Below the pieces are notes generated by a model. That model ran no database searches, was not told the origin of the DNA, and saw nothing but the letters and a program-made list of their open reading frames with translations. Made by a program: the position numbers and the translations under genes. Positions 1 to 9,897 of a stretch of DNA of 64,000 nucleotides are shown piece by piece. The DNA comes from Promethearchaeota archaeon (GTDB lineage Archaea; Asgardarchaeota; Lokiarchaeia; Sigyniarchaeales; SOKP01). The number at the start of each line of letters is the position of its first letter. Within the stretch, counting starts at the first letter, position 1. Where the stretch lies: the NCBI GenBank assembly GCA_016839765.1, contig JAEOTP010000043.1:96001-160000 (forward strand), given 5' to 3'.

Positions 1-843
1 ACCTGCTCCCGTTACGTTAATATTGTAGAGAGGATATTCAAAATTCCCATTATCCTTCCATTCATAAGGAATGGCATTTTTTTCAGCAAAATCTGCGTAT
101 TCAAATCCACTACTCGTCATATTTAATGGATTAAAAATATTTTCTTGAATATATTCTATCCAAGTTTGATTTGTAACTTTTTCAATTAAATACCCAAGTA
201 ATTGAAAGCCTGCATTAGAATAATGGAATTCCGATCCGGGTCGCCAATGCCAATTATAGTGATCATAATATAGACCATTAGGGTTTAAACTGCCGTTTAG
301 AAACTCTTCTAAAGAAGGTCTATCATCCCATTTAATGATTTCCCCTCCCAAATCCAGATTCTCATTAATCCAATCAATTGTTTGATTATCAAAGTAATAC
401 TCGAGAGACCAAAAAAGGTTGGTTTGTAAACCTGCTTTATGAGTAACAAGCATACGAGTTGTAATAGGTATATTTGGGTAATTAGGATGTCTTACCTCAA
501 ATGGGAGATAGTTGTTGATATCACCGTCTAAATTAACCAAATTACTTTCATTTAGTTGAAGGATTGCGGTTGCTGTAAATGTTTTAGTGATGGAACCAAT
601 CATATATACGGTATCTAAGTCAGGTTGTTCACCAAAGCCTCTTGCCCAAACTATACTATCATTAATAATGATCCCTGCTGCTAATGATGGAATTTCATAT
701 TCTGCCATAATCTTTTGAATTTTAGACTCAAAAGATTCTTGTGGGGGTGGAAGGAAGGTTATAATGAGAATAACTGTGATTCCAGCAGAAATTACACAAG
801 CAATTATAATTAATCCTATAATAATCTTTTTATTCATTTTCAT
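1..843 (-). CDS. Serine hydrolase, beta-lactamase/AmpC-like family, N-terminal membrane anchor; runs off the window edge
   Basis: Hand translation from ATG 843: MKMNKKIIIGLIIIACV...; SxxK motif (IGSITK) and YxN motif (FHYSNAGF). Missing from the ORF track because the stop lies outside the window. Confidence 0.85.
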   Translation of the reverse strand, partial: MKMNKKIIIGLIIIACVISAGITVILIITFLPPPQESFESKIQKIMAEYEIPSLAAGIIINDSIVWARGFGEQPDLDTVYMIGSITKTFTATAILQLNESNLVNLDGDINNYLPFEVRHPNYPNIPITTRMLVTHKAGLQTNLFWSLEYYFDNQTIDWINENLDLGGEIIKWDDRPSLEEFLNGSLNPNGLYYDHYNWHWRPGSEFHYSNAGFQLLGYLIEKVTNQTWIEYIQENIFNPLNMTSSGFEYADFAEKNAIPYEWKDNGNFEYPLYNINVTGAG

Positions 844-1009
844 TTTACCTTCATTTCTAATAGTTAGATTCAACTCGAATTGGATAGAAAAAATACTGAA
901 TAAGTTATTAATTTGATATCATAGAAAACTATTAAATCATTTTGTATTGAACTAAATTTTAATAATTTATAAAAATCAAATTTTAATGCTCCAAATATCT
1001 TAAAATTAT

Positions 1010-1459
1010 ATGGATTCTAATACACAAATCAATGAATTCAACTTTGCTATTAAAAAGCTTTTCCATGGAAGAGTAATGGAAAGAGTTACAGCCGCTAGAA
1101 CACTTGGACATCTTAAAGAGGGTCGTGCTACAAACTTACTCATTAAAGCATTAAATTCAGAAAGAGATTCAATTGTAATTAATAGAATTATTGAAGCAAT
1201 GGGAGAAATAAAAGATCCTAAAGCCACAATTCCAATAATTAACTTCTTAAAAAAAGAATTAGAAAAATCTGAAGATGAGCAAGATAAAACTCGTTTATTC
1301 TTAATAATAGAGACATTAATGAAAATAGGAGATAAAAGAGCTTTAGAACATTTAGGTATACTCTTAGAGTCATGTGATGCAGATATTAGAAAACTAACTG
1401 AGCAAGCTTTTGAGTGTATAGATCCTAGTTTTAAGGAAAATTTAAAACAAAGTAAATAA
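1010..1459 (+). CDS. HEAT/PBS-lyase repeat protein
   Basis: Repeated AARTLG / IIEAMGEI / IETLMKIGDKRALEHL helical units. Confidence 0.75.
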   Translation: MDSNTQINEFNFAIKKLFHGRVMERVTAARTLGHLKEGRATNLLIKALNSERDSIVINRIIEAMGEIKDPKATIPIINFLKKELEKSEDEQDKTRLFLIIETLMKIGDKRALEHLGILLESCDADIRKLTEQAFECIDPSFKENLKQSK

Positions 1460-1505
1460 ATAAAAAACTAAACATTGAAATTGAAAAATTAAATCGTAAA
1501 CGAAA

Positions 1506-1832
1506 GTGAATATTATGTTTCCAGAATTTATTTCAGAGCTTTTTCAAGAAGTAAATGGCAAGAATGATAAACAAGATGTGTCCATTTTCACATTGTCGAC
1601 TTGCATGTGGTGCAAAAAGTGCAAAAGATATCTTAATGAAAAGGAAATCAAGTATAAATATATAGATGTTGATCAAATTACATCAGATCAGAAATCAAAA
1701 ATTTTACAATATTTAAGAGAAAATTACAAACCAGATAGAATCTCATATCCTTTCTTAATATGCGATGATAAATTCGTCGTAGGATATGATCCAAATAGAT
1801 ATGAAGAATTAATGAGGGAGGGTGATAATTAA
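1506..1832 (+). CDS. Glutaredoxin/NrdH-like redoxin
   Basis: TLSTCMWCKK CxxC motif, ISYP cis-Pro motif, VVGY; ATG at 1515 is an alternative start. Confidence 0.85.
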   Translation: MNIMFPEFISELFQEVNGKNDKQDVSIFTLSTCMWCKKCKRYLNEKEIKYKYIDVDQITSDQKSKILQYLRENYKPDRISYPFLICDDKFVVGYDPNRYEELMREGDN

Positions 1833-2199
1833 AGTGAATATGGAAACATATGAGGGTATGCTTGAATATATTAAACAGGTTAGTAAAAAGAATAACTGGA
1901 TTTTAAATAGTCACCAAGATACATTAAATGAATTGATTGACGGCTTAGTAGAAAATAAAAAGAAACATACATATCAATCTTGCCCATGTCGTCTTGCTTC
2001 TGGTGTAAGAGATTTAGATAGAGATATTATTTGTCCCTGTGATTATGCTCCTTTGGATATAAAGGAGTATGGAGCTTGTTATTGCAATCTATATATGCGT
2101 AAAAATTTCTACGAAATTATAGGAAAGGAATATGTTAATATCCCAGAAAGAAGACCTGTTGAAAAGGAAAAAGCAGTACTAGAATCTTTTAATAAATAG
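1822..2199 (+). CDS. Ferredoxin-thioredoxin reductase catalytic-subunit family protein
   Basis: CPC...CPC...CYC signature; likely start is ATG 1840. Confidence 0.9.
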   Translation: MIIKVNMETYEGMLEYIKQVSKKNNWILNSHQDTLNELIDGLVENKKKHTYQSCPCRLASGVRDLDRDIICPCDYAPLDIKEYGACYCNLYMRKNFYEIIGKEYVNIPERRPVEKEKAVLESFNK

Positions 2200-2288
2200 T
2201 ATTTTTTGTTGTTTTTAAGAATTGAATAATTAGAAACCAATTTTTTATAAATAAAACTCTTAAATATTATTTTTTCTCTTTTTATATT

Positions 2289-2447
2289 ATGCCAGATGAA
2301 GAAATTAATGATGATGAATTAAAAGAAGAATTAGATAGGGCTTTTAAGGCTAATGAAGCAAAAAAAGACCACTGTGGAACTGCTCTACCTAGTAATAAAG
2401 AAATAGGTATTCAAAGAACGAACGTAAAATTAAAAAAAGAGGATTAA
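2289..2447 (+). CDS. Small acidic protein (52 aa) with a single Cys, not in the ORF track
   Basis: MPDEEINDDELKEELDRAFKANEAKKDHCGTALPSNKEIGIQRTNVKLKKED*; AT-rich promoter-like sequence upstream, T-tract downstream. Confidence 0.6.
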   Translation: MPDEEINDDELKEELDRAFKANEAKKDHCGTALPSNKEIGIQRTNVKLKKED

Positions 2448-2600
2448 ATTAAAATAATTTTTTTTTATATTTCTTTTCTAATTTTTTTTGATAAATAACT
2501 TCTCAACAATTATAAATAATTACTTTAAAATTCAAAAATTAATATTTTAATATAAATCATTAAATGATGTCTTTATAAGATCATATCTTATAATTGAAGA

Positions 2601-3593
2601 GTGTTTGTTATGAAAGAACGAATTAAAGGAAGAGAAAATTTTCCCACTAAAGAGATTGACCCAGATAATTTCATAGAGGATGAAGAAGTAAAAACTATGG
2701 TTGAAAATATCGATAATATCAAATTTAGTCAGGAGGATTATTATAAAATTTATAATTGTGTACATTGTGGAGAATGTGAATCAGAAGAAGAACGTATTAC
2801 CTTGAAACAAAAATTTCTAAAAGATGGGAATATGGTTGAGGGTCTTGATCAGATGATTGAATGTTTTGAAAAATATCGGACACCTTATCCAACAAATAAA
2901 ATGAGGATAAAAAAGCCGAGAGGGTTAGCAAAAAATTCTAATACCCTATTTTTCATGGGATGTCTTTCTACCATTAGAATACCACGGTATACCGAACATG
3001 CTCTTCAATATCTTATGAAACAAAAGATAGATTTTACCATTTTGGATAAAGAAATATGTTGTGGTTGGCCGTGGTTTGCTAGTGGTTCAATGCGTGAATT
3101 TGAAATTTGCCAAAAGGAAAATCTTGAAATCTTCAATAAATTTGATAAGATCATTTGCTTATGTCCAGCATGCTACTTTTTATTTAATAAGTTTTATAAA
3201 CCAGCTATGGATAAAGATATTAGATTTGAATATATAGTTGATTACCTAAAACCATCCAAAGACCAAAAGCAAGGAGCAGTTGGGGTACAACATTTATGTC
3301 AACTTATGAATAGGGGAAGAGAAGGTGTAGATAAATTTGTAGATAAAATTCTAAAAAAGTCTGGCTATAAAGTAATTGATGTCCCTCATTGGTGTTGTGG
3401 AGGGGGTTTAGGGTATATGCATCGAACTGATATAATCGAAGCTATTGCAAATAAAAGAATGATTGATTTTGATAGAGAAGATATTGATTATATTACAACT
3501 TATTGCGTTAGTTGCTGGTGGATATTAAAACGGTTTAGCAAATTAAGTAAAATAAAGCCAAAAGCTGTAGATTTTTTTGAATTAATCCTATAA
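2601..3593 (+). CDS. CCG-domain Fe-S protein (HdrD/GlpC/HdrB-like), copy 1
   Basis: CVHCGEC; FFMGC..EICCG..CPAC; QHLC..WCCGGG..YCVSC. Confidence 0.85.
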   Translation: MFVMKERIKGRENFPTKEIDPDNFIEDEEVKTMVENIDNIKFSQEDYYKIYNCVHCGECESEEERITLKQKFLKDGNMVEGLDQMIECFEKYRTPYPTNKMRIKKPRGLAKNSNTLFFMGCLSTIRIPRYTEHALQYLMKQKIDFTILDKEICCGWPWFASGSMREFEICQKENLEIFNKFDKIICLCPACYFLFNKFYKPAMDKDIRFEYIVDYLKPSKDQKQGAVGVQHLCQLMNRGREGVDKFVDKILKKSGYKVIDVPHWCCGGGLGYMHRTDIIEAIANKRMIDFDREDIDYITTYCVSCWWILKRFSKLSKIKPKAVDFFELIL

Positions 3594-3628
3594 TTAGAAT
3601 TTCCTTTAAAGATTTAATAAATAAAAAA

Positions 3629-4588
3629 ATGACTTTAAAAAGAAAATACCCCACTCAAGAAGTAAATCCAACTAATTTTTTAACTAATGAAGAAGTATTA
3701 AATCTTCTTGAAACTAAGCACACTTATAAATTTAAACAAAAAGATTTTCACAAACTTTATAATTGTGTTCATTGCAGAGAATGTGGCACCTCTGATGAAA
3801 GAATTTTATTAAAACAGAAATTTTTAAAAGATGGAAATAAAATTGAAGGTTTAGAAGAAGTAAAAAAGATTTATGAAAAATATGGAACTCCATATAAGGA
3901 TAGTAAAAACCGGATTAAATTCCCTAATGGTATCCCTACTAAAAGTGATACACTCCTTTATTTCGGGTGCTTTACAAGTGTTAAAAATCCTAGATATGGG
4001 GAAAATGTTGCGAACTACTTATTAAAACATAATGTTGAATATACCATTTTAAACAAAGAGATATGTTGTGGTTATCCCATTTTAGTCACTGGAATAATAG
4101 ATACCTATTATAAGCTTGTTGAGCGAAATAAGAAGATTTTCAAAGAAAGAGGGTTTAAAAGAATAATAACTGTTTGTCCCAGTTGTTATATGGTCTTTAA
4201 AAAACATTATAGTGATACAGGTATTAAGATAGACTATTTTACTGATTATCTAAAACCAGCTTCTAATAGGAAATCTGGAGATGTCTGTATTCAACATGCC
4301 TGTCCATTGGTATATGACTGTAAACCAGGGATAGATAAACAGATTGAAAACATTTTAAAAAAATCTGGGTATAGGGTTATTGATATTCCTTATTTTTGCT
4401 GTGGTGGCGGTGGAGGGATGCAATTAATCGAAGATACAATTGAAAAGATTGCAAAATTAAGGATGGGTGATTATAGAGGAAATTTCACCACCTACTATTG
4501 TCCTGACTGTGGATGGTTTATTAAGTTTTTCGGAAGAAAGCTAAAGATTAAACCAAAGCCAAAAGATATATGTGAACTTCTACTTTAA
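3629..4588 (+). CDS. CCG-domain Fe-S protein (HdrD/GlpC/HdrB-like), copy 2
   Basis: CVHCREC; YFGC..EICCG..CPSC; QHAC..FCCGGGGG..YCPDC; collinear paralogue of the upstream gene. Confidence 0.85.
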   Translation: MTLKRKYPTQEVNPTNFLTNEEVLNLLETKHTYKFKQKDFHKLYNCVHCRECGTSDERILLKQKFLKDGNKIEGLEEVKKIYEKYGTPYKDSKNRIKFPNGIPTKSDTLLYFGCFTSVKNPRYGENVANYLLKHNVEYTILNKEICCGYPILVTGIIDTYYKLVERNKKIFKERGFKRIITVCPSCYMVFKKHYSDTGIKIDYFTDYLKPASNRKSGDVCIQHACPLVYDCKPGIDKQIENILKKSGYRVIDIPYFCCGGGGGMQLIEDTIEKIAKLRMGDYRGNFTTYYCPDCGWFIKFFGRKLKIKPKPKDICELLL

Positions 4589-4603
4589 TTGAAAATATTA
4601 GTG

Positions 4604-5671
4604 CTAAATCATAGATATTTGGTAAGAATCTTCATGATGAGTATCTATCAGCCGATAAGCTAAATTTTTGAAACAATTTTCTATATTTTCTCCTGTTAAA
4701 GCAGAAGTTTCAAAATATTCAACATTTAATGCCTTTGCTAATCGTATGGCATCCGATTGGCTCACAATTCTTTCTTTGATCAAATCGATTTTATTACCTA
4801 TTAAATAACCTTCAATTTGAGGATTCTTTACAAAATATTTATCAATATCTTGATGCCAGTTAGAGATATGAGCAAAGGATAACGGTTTCGTTACATCATA
4901 AATTAATATAAAAGCACTTGCGGCTTCATAGAACTGCTTTCTTATTGCTTCAAACTTAGTTTGTCCTCCAATATCCCATAAAACTAACTCAACAGAATCA
5001 TCTTGTACATAAAATCTCTTTTGTGTTATGTTAAGTCCCATTGTGGGAACATAAGCCCTCATAAATACATTATCTGTGAATTTTAGAACTGTAGATGTCT
5101 TACCCACTGTTGGATCGCCAAGAATTATGACTTTAAACTTTTTTAAATCTTTTTCTTCAATCTCTTCTTTAATATCATATTCCTCATTAGCTTCTATTAG
5201 GATATTACTCTTGGAACGTAAATAATCAACTGTTTCACACAAGTTATTGCATAATATGATAATTTCTTCAGATAGTTTTTCTTTATCAAGATTATTTTCT
5301 TCAAATTGAATGATTTTTTGAGTTGTCTCATTAAAATATTTATCAATATAACTCATATATCTATAAAAAATAATATCATCTTTTTCATTAAACAAGAAAG
5401 CTAAAGCTGATTTAGCAGTTCCATTCTTTTGAGAAGTAATCTCTCGTTCAAAATATTTAATTACGATTTTTATTTTTAAATGTTTAAAAGGGTAAATTAA
5501 TAATATTTCAGGGATAAATGCTTGATCTCCAGAAAGGAGATTGTTACATTTTAATTCAATAAGGTTTCTAAATTCCCCTGGAATGTCTGATGGATACCAA
5601 AAAACAGATTTTGGCTCATTTACATCATCTAGATTAATATAAAAAATAGCAGGTATGAAATTTAAACTCAT
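4604..5671 (-). CDS. Rab/Ras-like small GTPase with an ~170 aa N-terminal domain
   Basis: G1 GDPTVGKTS, G2 YVPTMG, G3 WDIGGQ, G4 GNKID, G5 ETSAL. Confidence 0.9.
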   Translation of the reverse strand: MSLNFIPAIFYINLDDVNEPKSVFWYPSDIPGEFRNLIELKCNNLLSGDQAFIPEILLIYPFKHLKIKIVIKYFEREITSQKNGTAKSALAFLFNEKDDIIFYRYMSYIDKYFNETTQKIIQFEENNLDKEKLSEEIIILCNNLCETVDYLRSKSNILIEANEEYDIKEEIEEKDLKKFKVIILGDPTVGKTSTVLKFTDNVFMRAYVPTMGLNITQKRFYVQDDSVELVLWDIGGQTKFEAIRKQFYEAASAFILIYDVTKPLSFAHISNWHQDIDKYFVKNPQIEGYLIGNKIDLIKERIVSQSDAIRLAKALNVEYFETSALTGENIENCFKNLAYRLIDTHHEDSYQISMI

Positions 5672-5855
5672 TTTACCTAATTTTAAGATTATCTTAGTAA
5701 ATTTTTTGGTATGATAAAGAATTATTTATTATTTATATTTGATTTAGATGAATGTTATTCAGGTGATATCAGAATGATACTGAAAATGGAAATAAATATA
5801 AAATTTATTGTTATAAAGAAAGTAGATTATAGAAAAAAAAGATTTTAAGGTTTTC

Positions 5856-6338
5856 TTGGTGCCAAAGGACTTTACTATACGTTTAGCAACGATAAAAGAT
5901 GCTAAAGCAGTTCATGAGGTTTTATTAGCTGCTTTTGAAGAATATCGTTGTTTTTATTCTCCAGAAGGATTTGCAGACACTGTTTTATCAGAAGAAAAAG
6001 CAAAAGATCGTATTAAAGAAACGAAAGTATATGTAGCTGTTGATCAACACCGTAAAATAATTGGGACTATTGGTTGGCAGAAATTAAATGAAAATGAAGG
6101 ACATATTCGAGGAATGGGAGTAATACCAAGTCAGCAAGGCAGAGATAGTCCTGCAACATCGCTATTAAGACAAGTAGAAAGAGCTGCTCAGTTAGAAAGT
6201 TGTAAAATCTTGACTCTTGACACAACTGAAATTCTTAAAAGAGCTCAAAACTTTTATGAAAAAAATGGTTTTCAGAAAACTGGGAAAATTGGGGATTTCT
6301 TTGGGTCAATAATTTATGAATTTGCAAAGATATTATAA
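5856..6338 (+). CDS. GNAT family N-acetyltransferase
   Basis: GHIRGMGVIPSQQGR and AQNFYEKNGF motifs. Confidence 0.85.
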   Translation: MVPKDFTIRLATIKDAKAVHEVLLAAFEEYRCFYSPEGFADTVLSEEKAKDRIKETKVYVAVDQHRKIIGTIGWQKLNENEGHIRGMGVIPSQQGRDSPATSLLRQVERAAQLESCKILTLDTTEILKRAQNFYEKNGFQKTGKIGDFFGSIIYEFAKIL

Positions 6339-6476
6339 AAAAACACCAATTTTTAAACTATTAGTTATTCATAACTTAATTTTAATTTTAACGTTAATTA
6401 GCTCAATTTAATTTATAATTTATACAAAAAAAAATTTTAAATCTAAATTCAAATATTCATAATAGATGGTGATTTA

Positions 6477-7169
6477 ATGTTATTTTCCCAAAATGAGATT
6501 GATAATATTAAAAGAGAAATGAGTAAATTGAAGAATAAGGTAATCCTGAAATTGTTTACAGACTTTAAAACTCAAGAAAATAATACGAAAGTACGTAATT
6601 GTATGGGTTGTGAGGGTACTTATGAATTATTGAATAAATTAGTAGAATTTTCAGATGGAAAGTTAATGATTGAAGAGTATTCTATTGAGGAAAACAAAGA
6701 TGAAGCTAAAAAGTACGATGTTAAAAGGATACCTGCAATTTTGTTTGTCGATGAGAATGGTAATGAAGTAATTAGATATTCAGCACACCCAACTGGAGCT
6801 GAATTTGTACCTTTTCTCAATAGCATCCAATACTTTTCAGGAGTAAGACCTTATTATGCCGATCAAATCCTTACACATCTTAAAAAGATTGATAAATCAA
6901 AAATGAAGATTTTTATTACACCTACATGTCCATATTGTCCTGCAACAGTTCCAGTTTTAACTTTGTTCGCGATTATATCCAAAGGAAAGATTTCAGCAGA
7001 AATAATTGACGTTAATTTAAATCCTGACCTTGCTATGAAATACCAAGTTCAGGGAGTCCCTCACACGGTTGTTAATGAAACTGAGAATATTTATGGAATG
7101 TTTACGCCTCAGGATTTACTAGATAAACTTACCAAAGGAAAAAGAGATTTTGGAGGAATGTATGCTTAA
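6477..7169 (+). CDS. Protein disulfide oxidoreductase (PDO/AhpF-NTD-like), copy 1
   Basis: Two thioredoxin folds: CMGC and CPYCP, with RIP and GVP cis-Pro motifs. Confidence 0.85.
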   Translation: MLFSQNEIDNIKREMSKLKNKVILKLFTDFKTQENNTKVRNCMGCEGTYELLNKLVEFSDGKLMIEEYSIEENKDEAKKYDVKRIPAILFVDENGNEVIRYSAHPTGAEFVPFLNSIQYFSGVRPYYADQILTHLKKIDKSKMKIFITPTCPYCPATVPVLTLFAIISKGKISAEIIDVNLNPDLAMKYQVQGVPHTVVNETENIYGMFTPQDLLDKLTKGKRDFGGMYA

Positions 7170-7180
7170 TCTGAATTAGG

Positions 7181-7873
7181 GTGTTAAGAATGTCGCAAGA
7201 TGAAAAATATAAGGAAATTATTAAAAGAGAAATGGCAAAATTAAATAGACCTGTTAAACTTAAAGTAGTTACTTCTCAATCAGCTAAACCAGACGGAACT
7301 AAAATACGAGCATGTATGGATTGTGATCAATTTTTGTCTCTTTTACGAGTATATGAAGAAAATTCAAATGGTCTATTAACTATTGAAGAATTATCAATTG
7401 ATGAAAACCCTGATTTCGCCAAACGGTATGATATTCAACGAGTTCCTACAATATTATTCATTGATGAACAAGGAAGGGAATATATTCGTTATTTAGCAGC
7501 CCCTCAAGGCGGTGAAATCCAACCATTTATCCAAGCAGTCTTTACATTTGCAGGAGCTCCCAATTATTACGAAGCCACAATAAAGAAGAATCTAGATCGC
7601 ATATCTCCCTCTACACTGAAAATCATGATAACTAATCAATGTCCCTATTGCCCTCAGGTTGTTACTATTGCAAACCAATTTGCAATTGCGTCTGAAGGAA
7701 AAGTTAGAACTGTTGTTGTAGATATTATGGCAAATCCAGATATTGGTCAGTATTATGATGCGGCAGGGGTTCCTTACACTATTATAAATGACCAAAAAAC
7801 ACTGGTTGGTATGATTGGACCCAATGAAATCCTAAGGGCATTAATTGGAGGTAATATTCGTGTTCAATATTGA
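7181..7873 (+). CDS. Protein disulfide oxidoreductase (PDO/AhpF-NTD-like), copy 2
   Basis: CMDC and CPYCP motifs; paralogue of the upstream gene. Confidence 0.85.
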   Translation: MLRMSQDEKYKEIIKREMAKLNRPVKLKVVTSQSAKPDGTKIRACMDCDQFLSLLRVYEENSNGLLTIEELSIDENPDFAKRYDIQRVPTILFIDEQGREYIRYLAAPQGGEIQPFIQAVFTFAGAPNYYEATIKKNLDRISPSTLKIMITNQCPYCPQVVTIANQFAIASEGKVRTVVVDIMANPDIGQYYDAAGVPYTIINDQKTLVGMIGPNEILRALIGGNIRVQY

Positions 7874-7874
7874 T

Positions 7875-8804
7875 ATGGAAGGTATTGATTTAGAAAAAAT
7901 ATATGATTTAATTGTCCTAGGAGGAGGACCAACTGCAATTGGTTGCGCGATTTATGCCGCAAGATTCGCAATGGATGTTTTGATTATAGGAAAGATCTTT
8001 GGTGGCCTAATTGCGACAACCCATCTTGTGGAGAATTATCCAGGAATAACCTCAACAAGCGGTCAGGGGTTAATGGAAATGTTCAAGGATCATATGGATT
8101 CATTAAGTATACCATATATATCGGATGAGATAAGAAGTATAGAAAAAATAGACGACTATTTTGTTTTACACTCTTTTTTTCAACAGTTTAAAGCATATAC
8201 AGTTTGTATCGCAACTGGTTCAGAAAGAAAAAAGTTGGGAATTCCAGGTGAAGAAGAATTCGCTGGAAGAGGGGTATCTTACTGTGCAACTTGTGATGGC
8301 CCTTTTTATAAGGATAAAACTGTGTGTGTAATTGGTGGGAGTGATTCAGCTGCAAAAGAAGCTTTATTTTTAGCTCAGAACGTTAAGAAGGTATATATTA
8401 TTTATCGTGGCGAAGAAATTAGAGCCGAGCCAATTAATAAAAAAAGAGTGTATGAAAATGATAAAATTGAAATCATAAATAATACCAATATAGTAGAAAT
8501 TAAAGGAGATACTAAGGTTAAATCAGTTATTTTTGAAAGTGGAAAAGAATTTAAAATAGATGGTGTATTCATCGAAATTGGATCGCTTCCAAATTCAGAT
8601 TTAGCAAAAAAATTAGAAGTAGAAACAAATAAAAAAGGAGAAATTAAGATTAACCGAAAGTCTGAGACTAATGTACCTGGAATATTTGCTGCTGGAGATG
8701 TGGCAGATGCTCCCTTTAAACAAGCGATTACAGGAGTTTCTGAAGGTGTAATTGCCGCTTATTCTGCTTTTGATTACCTAAAGCAAACAAAAATAGAGTA
8801 TTGA
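7875..8804 (+). CDS. trxB: Thioredoxin-disulfide reductase
   Basis: GGGP FAD motif, GRGVSYCATCDG, GGSDSA, FAAGD; alternative starts at 7845 and 7860. Confidence 0.92.
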   Translation: MEGIDLEKIYDLIVLGGGPTAIGCAIYAARFAMDVLIIGKIFGGLIATTHLVENYPGITSTSGQGLMEMFKDHMDSLSIPYISDEIRSIEKIDDYFVLHSFFQQFKAYTVCIATGSERKKLGIPGEEEFAGRGVSYCATCDGPFYKDKTVCVIGGSDSAAKEALFLAQNVKKVYIIYRGEEIRAEPINKKRVYENDKIEIINNTNIVEIKGDTKVKSVIFESGKEFKIDGVFIEIGSLPNSDLAKKLEVETNKKGEIKINRKSETNVPGIFAAGDVADAPFKQAITGVSEGVIAAYSAFDYLKQTKIEY

Positions 8805-9029
8805 TTTCATTTTCTGTTTATTTATTGAATTATTAACTTTAGTTTTTCATTTCGTAATATTAATTTTTGAAATCTAATTCTAAGACAGAGAAAGTAAGGA
8901 TAATAGTGGGATCATAAGTAATCTTTAACATTAAGCAATTTTATTTTGCTTTCTTTTATTTATTCTTTAAGAAGCTCTTATCTTTATTAATTCATAGTTA
9001 GCACTAAAAATTTGACAAGCTCGTTGAAC

Positions 9030-9045
9030 TTACGAAATATCGTAA
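9030..9045. promoter_or_regulatory. Palindromic operator candidate upstream of the ZIP-DtxR operon
   Basis: TTACGA-AATA-TCGTAA, flanked by TTGAA...TTCAA. Confidence 0.5.
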
Positions 9046-9098
9046 AATTCAAATATTCTTTTATACTAATTACAATAAAAAAAAGTGAAAGTGATTAA

Positions 9099-9854
9099 AT
9101 TATTTTAGTATGGATTATTGTCTTTAGCATTTTAGGAAGCTTAGGAGCTATTTGTGCAGCAGCAATATTTATACTCTTTAATGAAAAAGTTCAAAAATTA
9201 ATGATTTCTATCCTACTTTCTTACGCTATTGGAGTTTTACTTACAGCATCTTTATTTGGTTTAATACCTGAAGCAATAGAAAGTGTAGGAGAACCTCATC
9301 TTATAATGCTATTTGTCTTAGGTGGAATATTGTTCTTTTTCATCTTAGAGAAGATCATAATTTGGCGTAATTGCCAAGATGAGGTATGTGATATACATAA
9401 CGCTGCTGGGCCTCTTGTCTTAATAGGTGATGCAGTACACAATTTTACTGATGGTGTTGTTATTGCTGCGGCTTTTTTAACCGATTTTTCAGTTGGTATT
9501 GTAGTTGGTCTTTCTATTCTGATACACGAAATCCCACAGGAGACGGGTGATTTTGGTATTTTGTTACACGGTGGTTATTCACGAAGCAAGGCATTTTTAT
9601 TAAATGCTATTTCAAGTATGGCTACAATTCCATCTGCAATTATTAGTTATTTTGTATTAGATGTGTTCTCCATAGCTGTACCTTATTTATTAGCAATTTC
9701 TGCGGCTAGTTTTATTTATATAGCTTTAACCGATCTTACTCCTCAACTTCACCAAAGGGCTAATCCCAAATACTCAATTCGCCAAATAGTTCTAATCTTA
9801 ACAGGTATAACAACTATGATACTTATCATAATGCTCACTATTCACCAACATTAA
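9099..9854 (+). CDS. ZIP family metal transporter
   Basis: GDAVHNFTDG and HEIPQETGDF motifs; frame open from ATT 9099, adding TM1 (IILVWIIVFSILGSLG) upstream of the track ATG at 9201. Confidence 0.9.
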   Translation: MILVWIIVFSILGSLGAICAAAIFILFNEKVQKLMISILLSYAIGVLLTASLFGLIPEAIESVGEPHLIMLFVLGGILFFFILEKIIIWRNCQDEVCDIHNAAGPLVLIGDAVHNFTDGVVIAAAFLTDFSVGIVVGLSILIHEIPQETGDFGILLHGGYSRSKAFLLNAISSMATIPSAIISYFVLDVFSIAVPYLLAISAASFIYIALTDLTPQLHQRANPKYSIRQIVLILTGITTMILIIMLTIHQH

Positions 9855-9897
9855 AACAACTCATTATTCTTTCATAAATTTCATTTGTGGTTGAAAA

